64,000 nt of DNA from Haliotis rubra (Eukaryota). Location: the NCBI RefSeq assembly GCF_003918875.1, contig NW_025767087.1, forward strand, positions 806,001-870,000, given 5' to 3'. This document shows, one piece after another, positions 39,701 through 51,733 of the stretch. How positions within the stretch are numbered: the first letter of the stretch is position 1; each line of letters begins with the position of its first letter. The notes under the pieces are model-generated. The model was not told where the DNA came from, did no database searches, and saw nothing but the letters and a program-made list of their open reading frames with translations. Position numbers and translations under genes: made by a program.

Positions 39701-40523
39701 TTTCTATGTCGGCAACAAGGTAACACATCGGACATAAATTGCCTGGAAATTGATTGTTACGTATAAACATGGACATCTGATTTTAGCAAATAGTAACCAA
39801 CGTTATCAAAACGTTACTAAGCTGAAACACTGGAAAGACATGGTCTAAAATACGACTTAAAGGCATAATATCACACCACATTTCTCTCAAAATACGAATG
39901 CATTTCTCTCACCAGCTATCAGCCCTCAGGGAAGCTACCATATGATTTATTCCAAAAACATTGACATATTTAGATTACAATATTACATTAAAAGTTCGAG
40001 TGAATTAATGCAACATTGCATTAAAACCGAACCCAACAGAGTTATGTCCATTAGAGCGCTCCTTATGAATATCCTACGTACAACTTGTGATTGAAACCAG
40101 TTCGGTAAACACCGACAACACCGCCTGCGACAGTTTTAGATGTACGGAGCAATTCTTCACATTCCATACATGACAACTGTTTCTGTTTGGAAGCTGTTCG
40201 CCTCGAAATTTCAATCATCGATTTCAGGCAAGTCGTTAGGAATAGATAGTCTTTTAATGCATCAATAGGAATCTAAAGTGAGGGCATATGCCCCCAATAT
40301 AAAAAATATAGACCAAAATATTGTCGAAAAAGCGTGACATGCTTTAATGTGATTTTTCCAGCTTGGATATGCCGATCTGGCTGCATTTGACTTTCTGGAT
40401 TCTGCTGGTTTTGATCAAAGCCTGATAGAACGTTTCCCATTGGTCAAAGCCAACGCAGAGAAGGTCAAGGCGAACGCAGGAATTGCCAAATGGTTGGCCA
40501 AACGACCGCAAACACAGTTTTAA
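33717..40523 (+). CDS. GSTS: Sigma-class GST G5 (most divergent paralog), 202 aa; exons 33717-33849, 37213-37305, 38698-38813, 39615-39719, 40362-40523
   Basis: [22 protein letters not shown]..., [30 protein letters not shown]...[14 protein letters not shown] introns; AATAAA at 40657. Confidence 0.95.
34545..34920. repeat. GT-rich (GGGTGATTGT-like) low-complexity repeat, G5 intron 1
   Basis: Direct inspection. Confidence 0.85.
37367..37750. repeat. 53-bp tandem array inside a Harbinger-like MITE (G5 intron 2)
   Basis: Unit GCTACGACAATCGTAAATCTATGTCAAAGTATGGGAGTTACGATCATCTTAGC, about 6 copies, bounded by GGCCCCGTCC / GGAACGGGTC ends. Confidence 0.85.
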
Positions 40524-42209
40524 TGGACAGCCAGGAAAACGAACAACTATTTTCTTACTATTCAACACTTTAACTGGCACGCACGATGTCGATAACATGT
40601 GTTTGTATGAGCAAAGAAGCATCTCTGTGACTTATTGTTGGAATGGCGCAGATTGAAATAAAAGTATAAAATTCAGCTGTTCAATATAAATGTTTCTTGT
40701 TCAGAGTTTTCGTTTTCGAAATGATACCAGAGAATGTTTTGGTATTGTACACCTCGTGACATGTGTTCTATCGAAATACAATTGTATTCTAGGCTGTGAG
40801 GCCGAAATGAATACATATATCTGATATGTTTATATTAGGGATTTCACGATACAGAAGTTTCATGAATCGATACGTATCACGATACCCATGTCACGATTCG
40901 ATACATATCACGATACCTATTTTCGCGGCATTATTACGTAAATTTAGTTACATTTTGAAAATTGATAATTCATATTTTATAATTGTCCATGAAAATATCA
41001 ACATTTTTTATTCTCAGAGATTAAAAAAGTTCTAATTTCCCATCTTTGTGCATGAAAAATAATCATTTATAACTCTCATAACATCAAAACAATGCAAAAT
41101 GTAAACGATACATAAACATATTTAAACCGATACTTTCAAAACTAACTATGGATACAGTTTTGAGTTGGGAACTCGAATGAAGAACCAAGGCTTATTATGA
41201 CACACATGCTATCTTTTGCCATGACCTTGTACACAGAGACGTCCAAAGGCCTATTTAGGTTAAAAACAGTTCAAGATCTATACAACAGATTGCACGATGG
41301 TGACAGGGCACTTTCTCTGACCACGTCTGCACTCTTATCAACGTTATAAGGCCCACAAATAGACCTTGAGGCTAATGTGCACTCATACTTAAGATAATCG
41401 TTGAACTCAGGTCAGTTTGTGTGACGGAACCCAGGGCGGGATGTTCCGATTGCAGATTGCACTTGCAGAGCTAAACTAACGTACGCTCTAACTGAATAGA
41501 AGCGAGTGGGTGTGGCTGTGCGTCACATTTAGCAACATTCCAGCAATGTCACAACGGGGGACACCAGAAATGGGCGTCACACATTGCGGGCGTGTGGAGA
41601 ATCGAACCGGGTCTTCGGCGTGACAAGCAAACACTTTAACCACCACACTACACACATTTGTCTGACACTATCGCCAGTGGAGGACACAGAAGTACTCAGG
41701 TTCAAGTTAAATGTCCAAGTTTTAGTGGCAACGTGTGTTTCTTATGTATATTTAGGGTAGCATAATGGTTAAAGCGTTCGCTCGTCACGCCAAAGACCCG
41801 GGTTCGATTCCCCACATGGGTACAATGTGTGAAGTCCATTTCTGGTGTTCCCCGTCCTGATATTCCTGGAATATTCCTAAAAGCGGCGTAAAACGATACT
41901 CACTCACTCACTCATGTTTGTTGGTTAACAACTCTGAGGAACAAGCCTGCTAAATGACGGTGGTATGTAAGTAATCGATTCTGAACCAGCAATTGAAACC
42001 AAGATCGGTACGATGACAAACATCAACCAAGCCAGCGAGCCTGACCACCTGATCCCGTTAATCGATTCTTACTACAGGCCTGGGTTGCTAACGATAGATT
42101 CTAAACCAGATATTCACCTGTCACAACTTGTTTCTTGGCGCGCTGTTCTTGACTCAAGGTGTGTGGAGACAACCCGACGTGTGACGATGGCGTCAACTGT
42201 GAACGGTCT

Positions 42210-43188
42210 CCCAACTAACAATTTCACGTTGTCACAACGTTATGCATCATTATGCTTGTTATTCTGTGGACTCCCATTTACGTTCTCACATTCGTTGTGA
42301 TGCGTCATTTTTACCACAAGGTTAAAGTTATTTGATGCTAATGTATTTTAACTATTTAACGTTAATAGTTGAATAGTTTTCTAGGTAGTGAACAGTACAT
42401 ATGAAACAAAGCAGCAATCTACTTCAATGTTTATTCGTCAATTTGCATGTTGTCTTTTAGCGGCATTTAGAAGTTGTCATAGATGACCAAGATATTTTAT
42501 GGATTTAAGCTTCTTTATTCTATGACACTGTGACACTATGACGTCCTTGTGGATTGTGATGTCACTTGCATTGTGACGTCATAACGCAGTTATGACGTCA
42601 TAGTGTCGACGTCAGTAGTGTCAGCTGTCACTTTAAGCTGGGCCCGGTCTCGCATATCGCAAGTTAGAGCGCGCAAAGGGAGCCGGGAACCAGTTTAGTG
42701 TCACTTCACCTGATGAAGATATCTGTATTGATCCCGGAATGGTATGTTGGAAAGAATAAAGAAGCTTATATCCATAAAATATCTTGGTCAATTTGCATGT
42801 TGTTTTGGTCGTGTGTTTTCTGAAGCTGTAGCTGAATAGTAAAGAAAGAATCTCTGAAAGGTTTTACAGAAAACTCTATCGTGCCACCAAGTTATCAGAA
42901 ACGTTGTTATAACGTTGCGAGGAGCACAAAGCATAACGTTTCCTCAGCATAAATTTGCAACGTTGCTATTACGTTGTGACATAACGTTATAAAATGACGT
43001 AATAATAACGTTGTGACAACGTTGTGTCATATGGTTATAAAATGACGTAATAATAACGTCGTGACAACGTTGTGTAATGACGTTATAAAATGACGTAATA
43101 ATAACGTTGTGACAACGTTGTGTTGTGTCATGACGTTACTAATCTACAACCTTCCAACAATGTTCCTAAACGTTGTGTGTCAGCTGGG
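42210..43188. mobile_element. Non-autonomous DNA transposon (CCC...GGG termini, 2-bp CT duplication; EnSpm/CMC-like)
   Basis: CCCAACTAACA / TGTCAGCTGGG ends; subterminal AACGTT-rich repeats including about 3 copies of a ~48-bp unit at 42984-43140. Confidence 0.55.
42454..42790 (+). mobile_element. Short Penelope-like insertion with decayed hammerhead motif
   Basis: Direct repeat GTCAATTTGCATGTTGT at both ends; 38-bp inverted repeat (42484-42521 / 42753-42790); CACCTGATGAAG at 42707-42718 followed by AATAAAGAAG. Confidence 0.55.
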
Positions 43189-44244
43189 CTTCTGTTAGAG
43201 CTTCATTTAGAAAAATGAGGTCAAATGTTAGAAAGGGCCGGTGACAGAGTTTAACCAGTATACACCACCCCTGTTTTAGCCCGCTCGTATCCCAGAGAAG
43301 TGTAAATAACGTAACTACGTGACAAAGAAATTCGGTCAAATCGCCACAGGGTCGTTCAGAGTTGACTGAAATACGAGTAATAATTATGGAGCCACTCTAA
43401 GACGGTGTTTTGTATGTACCAGGCAAACAATCTGATCACAGTGATCACAAAATATTGTACTTACTTACTCGTGATGTAGTTTTGGCGTAAACTAACGACG
43501 TTTTTATCTGCCACGTAGGTGTTTAGGTCAGGTAGATCATATCTTTATCAACTGTGTGTAATGGCGATTTCACACGCCGCTAGAGTATGGATCGTCATTC
43601 TGTTTCTGATGCTGATTGACAGAAAATAAATGTTACATAAAGAAAGGCAGCTTACAGTCTTCACTATTAACTTGTGGTAATAGAAACGTTTAGACAGAGG
43701 AAGGTCATGGTCAACGCGTTTACACCGAAGAAATCGACGGAGCACGTTCACATCGTGGAAATAGATGTGTTGCGGTTTTTAGTCAGCCAGTTGTGTCACT
43801 TGCTCGGCCATTTCGACGCTTCATATATCTATAGTTATACAAAAACCAAAGACGTTTTTGGTCACCAACAACTTGAAAACTATTGGTTGGATTGTTTTTA
43901 AGGATAATAGTGAAAACGGACCCCAGCGAAAACGAGAAAACGGCCATTATATATACAGAAACAGAAACAGAAAACTACATGTAGTTTATTTTGCTTTAAT
44001 CCATCTCTAAATCACTATTATAATAAGAAGGCAATAACAATGATAAGATAGTCATGGCAAAGTCCCGTTTTCACTTTCAAATTCCTCTAATTGAAATGTT
44101 GATGATGATATTTAATTTTTTTTCAGGAATAACAACAATTCACAATTTGTGTACAAATGTTTATGTGCTAAGTATTGATGTTCAGCTGAAGCTGGGTGTC
44201 ACGGTCGGGGTTATTAGTATAGTGATCTTGTTCATACATTTTGC

Positions 44245-44790
44245 TTATATACACAAAGAACTTAATTAAGCACCCCTGCATTTTAGCAATGATAGGTTTT
44301 CAACACGTACATAAAATTCTCGTGGTGACCATGATGGAATAGCATGAGGTTTTCTGATTCGTATGAACCTTTGACTCATACAAAACGACAAAATGATTGG
44401 AATCCATGCTGATTTTATGATGATAATTGATTATTTTTTTAAAAACCCACTGGTTTTCAAACACAACCATGTCTGTACAAGTATGGAACTGGAATGTTTA
44501 ATGTTGAATATTTTGGTGAATGTGAACATTCAAAATGTCACTTTGCGTGTCTTACACGATTCAAGGTCAATACCGAGTGTAACCTCCATGTGACTGTATG
44601 ACAACCAGCACCCTCCTCCTCATAACCCCTGTCAGCCTCCTGATCCTCTGAAGGGCCAGTCTACGCCATTCCTCGTGTAAAACAGCTTCCAATTGGGCCA
44701 GGTTCTGTACATGAGGATCCCTTTGTTGTACACGGCGACCAATCTAGTCCCAGATACGCTCCAAAGGGTTATATATTAATTAGGATCGGG
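44245..44790 (-). mobile_element. Tc1 transposase 3' remnant
   Basis: Minus strand reads NPLERIWD*IGRRVQQRDPHVQNLAQLEAVLHEEW. Confidence 0.6.
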
Positions 44791-46514
44791 GCTCATTCAG
44801 TCGTGAGATATGTCAGGGGGTACTTAACTAGGTTCTTTGTGAATATTATAATTCTTTGTGTATATTATAATTATGCCTCATCCGCTAATCCCCATTGGCT
44901 CAGCACCAACTCCTCACGTCATATAAACGTGATATTGTGTCAAAGTCGTTTTGACACATTGTGCCTCTGCCCCAATTTCTGTCCATGATACGCGCGACAT
45001 AATGTATAGAGTGGAAGCTGTCTAAACCGACACACGTCGGGACTGAATAAATAATCCGGTTTGAACAGCGTGCCGGAATGTAGAGCTGACATGGTTACCT
45101 ACGACTAGAACTAAACCAGTTTTATCACTCTCATATACATTGTTGTATAAGTTGGTTCTCTCAACTCACTAATTACATGTACAAGTACACCCATACTGAA
45201 CTAAGATTAGATTATCTTTGTTGGCAACCATGTAGTTTCAAGACAGGATTACTGACTCATTGCCACGCGCCGGATTAGACAGCGCTGATTACTGTATAAA
45301 CACATATTCGGGCGGCTCATTTCATGTCGAGATCCGGAATTGACAGCTGCCGGATTACAGAGCCTTCAAATGATGATAAATGTACTAGCCATGGACGTGA
45401 CTGAGATTTTACGCCGATATTGACAACTTGCCGGATTGGACAGCTGGCGGTTTTGACAGCTTGCACTATATATTGTTTGTAGGAGGCGAACCAAGATTCC
45501 GACATGGATAACATGAACATGCTGAACAATAAGAAAGACAATAAGACATGGTCCAATATTGAATGCAATATGTGAAGAAAACGTAAAGCTTAAGAATCGT
45601 TACGGTAAGAAAACGAGACCCTCCCCCCCCACACCCCCTAAACCGATTTATATTAACCACGCCAAAGCTTAAAACACGTTTGAAAGAGTAAACATAAAAA
45701 TATTGTATAGTAAGTGAATTACAAAAAAATCATTCAAAATATTCACCGAAACATTTTAGTTTAATTATAAAAGTTTAAATATAAAAGTGAAACGTGTAAG
45801 GAATTATATATCTTTTTAACGATATTAATTCCAAACAATATGATGATCACGACCTGAGGCATGATCTTGAAGAAGGGGAATCAAATGAATTTAACTGCGG
45901 TAAAGTAAATGAAACAATCATAAGGGTTCAGAAAAGAATTTAAGTCTTAAAAACATCCAGGAGCAGGTTCAGATTATATTGAGAACGATTGTATTATCAA
46001 TTCCATTGATATATTTATAAGTTTCATGGTTTACTCTCATACCTACCGCTGGAAACGATCCCGAGCAATGGTTAATTATAGACATTAAACCAATATAATA
46101 TAAACATTGAACCAATCTATAATAAAAGAGGATACAATGTATCTTGACTCTGTCTTGGAAAGATTTTACGGGTATTCTGAGTTCACCATTCATCAACTTA
46201 TCACATATTTTAAATTATAATACACCGCCTGAAGACAGNNNNNNNNNNNNNNNNNNNNNNNNNNNNNNNNNNNNNNNNNNNNNNNNNNNNNNNNNNNNNN
46301 NNNNNNNNNNNNNNNNNNNNNNNNNNNNNNNNNNNNNNNNNNNNNNNNNNNNNNNNNNNNNNNNNNNNNNNNNNNNNNNNNNNNNNNNNNNNNNNNNNNN
46401 NNNNNNNNNNNNNNNNNNNNNNNNNNNNNNNNNNNNNNNNNNNNNNNNNNNNNNNNNNNNNNNNNNNNNNNNNNNNNNNNNNNNNNNNNNNNNNNNNNNN
46501 NNNNNNNNNNNNNN

Positions 46515-46952
46515 CTGTCTGTATGGGTGCGTATGTGCATGCATGTATGTATGTACGTGCGTACGTATGTATGTGTGTGTGTGTCTGTCTGTCTGTGTGT
46601 CTGTGTATCTGTATATATGCCTGTCTGTCGGTCTGTATGTGTGTATGTGCATGCATGTACGCGTGTATGTATGTACGTATGTACGTATGTACGTACGCAC
46701 GTATGTATGTATGTATGTATGAGTACGTATGTGTGTGTGTGTGTGTGTCTGTCTGTCTGTCTGTGTCTGTGTATCTGTATATATGCCTGTCTGTTGGTCT
46801 GTATGTGTGTATGTGCATTCATGTACGTGTGTATGTATGTGTGTGTGTACTTACGTACGTACGTATGTATGTGTTTGTATGTATGTATGAGTACGTGTGT
46901 GTGTGTGTGTCTGTCTGTGTGTCTGTCTGTCTGTCTGTCTGTATGTATGTAT
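46515..46952. repeat. Compound (GTAT/GT/GTCT)n microsatellite next to a gap
   Basis: Direct inspection. Confidence 0.85.
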
Positions 46953-47377
46953 GTTGCACTTATTGTAGGAGTAAAACGTGTACAATTTCACTGAATGCCA
47001 TCTACTGTATTTCGGTGACTACCTGCTTGTCTAGCTATAGTGTCACACATACCTGAAGTGTGCGATATGCGATGACGCCCACCCAGACCAAGGCAAGGGC
47101 TGCACGTACTATCAGCTGCACATATTTTATAGATAGCCTAGCTCTGAGCAGGAGTAATATGACGCATGCATTGACACGTCTCAACACATTGTGTTATATT
47201 CAGTTATATTAGAATGAATACGTTCATACTCTGTGCCTTTGGAAACACTAAAATCAATCTTCTTTATCGAAGCGTTGCTATTGACCAAGAAAAAGTGTTT
47301 ACATGTATTCTTAACCAATCAACGCGTGCGTTAGAAGTCACGTGACAACGACAACAGCGTCCTTGGAGAATGTTCCT

Positions 47378-47388
47378 ATGAATCAGCA
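47378..47388 (+). promoter_or_regulatory. ARE-like element upstream of G6
   Basis: ATGAATCAGCA(GATTT), 100 nt before the ATG; a GTCACGTGAC palindrome and a CCAAT box lie further upstream. Confidence 0.5.
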
Positions 47389-47477
47389 GATTTGATATCT
47401 CGCTGCTGTAGGAACTTTAACCCTTACCAGTCGACTTGAAATTCTGACGAGGGACGGACGCAATCCACCGAACAGAC

Positions 47478-50400
47478 ATGCCTACCTACAAGTTTAAATA
47501 TTTCAACGCCCGAGGGTTCGGCGAGGTGTCTCGCCTTCTGTTTGCCCTAGCTGGACAAGAGTACACGGACGAGCGGTTCACACAGGAAACATGGCCAGCC
47601 GAGAAACCAAGTAAGCAATTACTAGAATATCTATCTGTATTACTGGAAACACAGGTTGTCAGGAGATGCATTTCGGCCGTTGGGTGGTTGTCGGCACGTA
47701 TGAACTCGGAATGTAGGGGGGTATACCTGACAACGATCCCAACTGCCACGAGTCAAGGTGTTGGGTTGCATCCTTTTAACTGGGCCAGGGCGCAGAGTGT
47801 AAGGTTGCGACATACATACATACATACATACATACATACATACATACATACATACATACATACATACATACATACATACTAACATTTGTATAGCGCCGAT
47901 ATCCAGCTCAGCTCAGCTGCTCAAAGGCGCTTAATGTTTTCCGAGCTCATTTGCTGGGAGGATTTTATAAAGGAACCTTTTTGGTATTTTTTCATTAACA
48001 AGAACACCACCAAACTGACCTGGGCAGAAAAAAGGCTTTAATACAGGGTCACGTGTATCTCAAGTAGAACAAAAGAATTTAAATGTTTTTAATGTAATTG
48101 GCAAGGACAATTACTGACGCTCAAGATATAAAGTGACGTCACTCACAGATCTCATTAAGTTATTCTTTCTGATGCAATATCTTTCTTACTAGAAGATCAA
48201 TGTAACTGTCAGTGGACTTTGCACTGATCAAGGTCAACGGTGCACTCATTGACTCAATATTTGCAAGTATTTTATGTCGCTTCCTATTAAGCGAGATTCG
48301 TTTCTGTTGTATATTTTACGCCTCACCCAGCCACAATTGACGGACAGACAGACAGACAGAAAAAACTTTATTTCGAAATATCGGCCTCATGGCCTATAAT
48401 ACAGTCACAGAATTTGGCAGTTTCATGAAAAACAGTGGTCATAATTTGTATTGGGATCTTACTTTAAAAACATAATGTGAAAATAGTGTTGTGCCGTATA
48501 TAACTTGAGGGTTTTGCGATTGCAAAATTGACGTCATAGTTCGTGGGCCTTTGTAGGTAGACATTGGAGTTGTTCAAAATAGTTGTCTCTGTGCTGCTGA
48601 TATTTGTCAGATCGCAAGAATACATGATTTTCAGTTTCTTTTTCTGCGGCATCACTGAGTGAACACAAGCAGTTTGTACTTGGTGCATCCTCATTAAGCC
48701 TGTACATGTTCACTTTAAAGTGAAGTTGTTATTCGGAATGCGAAACCTGATAAGTGCACGGTGTTTATATTTTTTTAGTTCTGTTATGTAGGGCTCAAGG
48801 CGAAGTTCATATGTAAACATATTCATATTTATGTGAATAATGGCTGAGAAAAGTGGAGCTGTTGATTTCGTTGTGCCAAGTTTGGTAGGCAATATCCTTC
48901 AATCGGTTGTCTGTAATGGTTGGTCCAGTGATTGATATCATGAGCATTGGTCTACGCAACGACACCCAAAACGACAAGCATGGGTTGCTGAAAACTCTCA
49001 GCATGAATCGGTTTAACTAAGCAATGTGAAAGTAAGGATTTTGAGTAAGAACTATTAAAAGATACTTCTCCTTCCTCCTTGAATTAAGATTTTGAATCAC
49101 GTTCAGATATACATGTGTTTAACCCTTTCATATAGCTCAAAAAAGGTTTCTTTGAATATCTATTTCATATACAATAGTTAAAATAGACATTCATCGTTGA
49201 TTAAGTCCTTGTTCTATATTCTAAACAGTTACTTTTGTATATTGGAGGCCAAAAAATCCCAGCTAAATATAGGGTGGCCAATGGTGTAAGGCGCCCACCA
49301 GAGCAGGATCCGCTGATCGTCAGTTCGAATTCCATTGTTGACCTTATTACTCTCCTTGATTTTGTCAACACAACCTCAGCGCGCATAAGTAGCCCTTCAT
49401 CACTTTGTACGTGAAAGCTTCTGAAATTGAAATATTAAGCCTCTTTAAAAAATCGATAATGTTTGTTCTCTTATGTTGCAGACGTTCTGCTCGGACAGAT
49501 GCCTGTTCTGGAAGTGGACGGGGCGGCATACGGACAGAGCAGCGCCATTGCCAGATTCCTCGCAAGAAGATTCAGTAGGGATTCAAACTCATTCTTTCTG
49601 CAATAGATGTTTGTTATTTAACGCCGCACTTTGCCTCGTTTTAGCGTATCAATAATCGTTGCAGTTTTTTAATAGAGAAGCTGGTTATTGCTGTTCTAAC
49701 TGTGAGTGTTGTGTTGTAGATTTCTATGGTTCGGGAGACATCCAAGCCCTTGAAGTGGACCAGGTCCTGGGTGTAGTCCAGGACATTATAAATGCCATGA
49801 TCAAAGCCTTTTATGAGAAGGATGAAGCCAGGAAGGTAAGCTACAGTGCCTTGACTCGTCAGCATCCTATACGTGGCGACTGTGGCGACGTAACAAACAC
49901 GTTACGACATGCTACTTGTTGTTACCCTGTCTGGTTCTTGTCTTCTAGGGGGACACAATGAGTGAGTGAGTTTAGTTTTACGCCGCACTCAGCAATATTC
50001 CAGCTATATGGCGGCGGTCTCTAAATAATCGAGTCTGGACCAGACAATCCAGTGATCAACAGCATGAGCATCGACCTACGCAATTGGGATACGATGAGAT
50101 GAGTCAACCAAGTCAGCAAGCCTGACAACCTGTTCCCGTTAGTCGCCTCTTAAGATAAGCATGGGTTACTGAAGATCGATTTCATACCCGGATCTTCACG
50201 GGTCTAGGGGGAAAGAGCGAGGACAATATATACTGCCTCCGAGTAAAATGTGTCGGGGCCGGTGGGTTAGAAACCATACTCACCTTAAGGAATTTGTGTT
50301 GGATCTGAACAGGCGCAGTTCATGACGGAGAACAAAGAAGAAAAGCTGCCGCTGTATTTGGGGATGCTGGAAAAGCTTCTGGTGAAAAACGGCAGTACAG

Positions 50401-51733
50401 GATTCTTCGTCGGCAAATCGGTAACCACATGTCAAATTGTGCTTCTTCAAAACCCACATGAATCTACCTCTCCACATACAAACAGTAAACTCCTTGTATA
50501 GCGAACTTGCTTGTAACGAACTGACGGATACAAGGACCTGCTGGTTTTAGCTGTCGTGTAACGAACGACGGTTATAACGAATTAAACTTAGTGGCCCGTT
50601 ACCTGCATGGACCCTAGTTGGATTTACACCATTCCTTCAGCCGCTGGCGATTGTACTAAATTTTTGCCATCGCATACAACAAACATACTACGATTAAAAG
50701 CTTGGTAGAGCTAAATTTACTTTTAAAATTCTGGGACTTACGTGCCGTCTCAGGAATTGTCTTCATGAAATGTAACAAAGATCACAATATTATTATTGTC
50801 ATCACAATCACAGTGTTCATAACAATCGTATCATAAACCGATTATTTATCAGTCGCTGTTGTCACTATCAGAAACATATGAAAGAGAATCACAGCTATGA
50901 AAATCACCTGTCCAGTGATCATGAAAATATCACCATGTAAGTTTCATTCATCGTCAGCTGATGAAATCCACAATCCTACTCCGAACACAAATAATTCAGA
51001 TAAAACATTTCACTGAAATCACGGAAATGTAGGTCTGTGTGATTTCATAACGAAAAGAAAATAGTTGTAACCATTCTTTGTGAGAATATTTCAAGAAGTC
51101 AATGGACCCGTTGTTAGTGTATGGGACATAGCATTGCTAAAAAGCCAGCTTAACTTGAGAAAATAGTTGTAACCATTCTTTGTGAGAATTCGGTGGTTTC
51201 ACATTAATGTTTGACATTAATTCTAAATGGCATTGTGTATTTCATAATCTTTGACTCGCTGTGCGCATGAACTGTTATCACACGCAAAAACTATTCATAA
51301 CAGCTTTTCTTTAGAGTGTGTTTACACTGTCGGTAAACGTACGACCAAACCGGAACTAGGCCAGTGGATATTTTTACACGCTCTGCGCATGCGCACAGCT
51401 GGTCTAAAAGTAATGTGAAACCACCGAATAGTTCGATAGTTTCGAGCAGACTAGGGACCCGTTGCACAAAGTTACGTTAGAGCTACAACCTGTCTGTGTC
51501 AAAGTAATGGAGACTTAGTGCTGAGATCTGTTAGTACAAGTGGGCCCAGCAGTATAAATGCCATCTGTTTTCAGATTACCCTTGCTGACGTCACTGTGTT
51601 TGACATCTGCGACAAGATCCAAGCAATGGTGGACTTTGACAAGTTCCCGCAGGTCAAGAAATGCCGGGAAAGTGTAGCTTCTAACCCCAAAGTCAAGAAA
51701 TGGGTTGACACGAGGCCCGTCACAGAAAACTAG
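47478..51733 (+). CDS. GSTS: Sigma-class GST G6, 202 aa; exons 47478-47610, 49482-49574, 49720-49835, 50313-50420, 51575-51733
   Basis: [22 protein letters not shown]..., [30 protein letters not shown]...TRPVTEN*. GT-AG introns; AATAAA near 51980. Confidence 0.96.
47811..47930 (-). mobile_element. Short L2-type 3' tail insertion with (ATGT)n, specific to G6
   Basis: Minus strand AGCGCCTTTGAG...GCGCTATACAAAT plus (ATGT)n; absent at the G7 site near 54690. Confidence 0.6.
48340..48905 (-). mobile_element. 5'-truncated LINE 3' end in G6 intron 1 (paralog about 55110-55665 in G7)
   Basis: LEPYI...RALIRFR ORF2-like C-terminus, GGCC hairpin, AATAAA and (TCTG)n tail. Confidence 0.6.
49958..50203 (-). 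mobile_element. SINE family B in G6 intron 3
   Basis: Full-length reverse copy with TCTAGGGGGA repeated on both sides. Confidence 0.85.
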
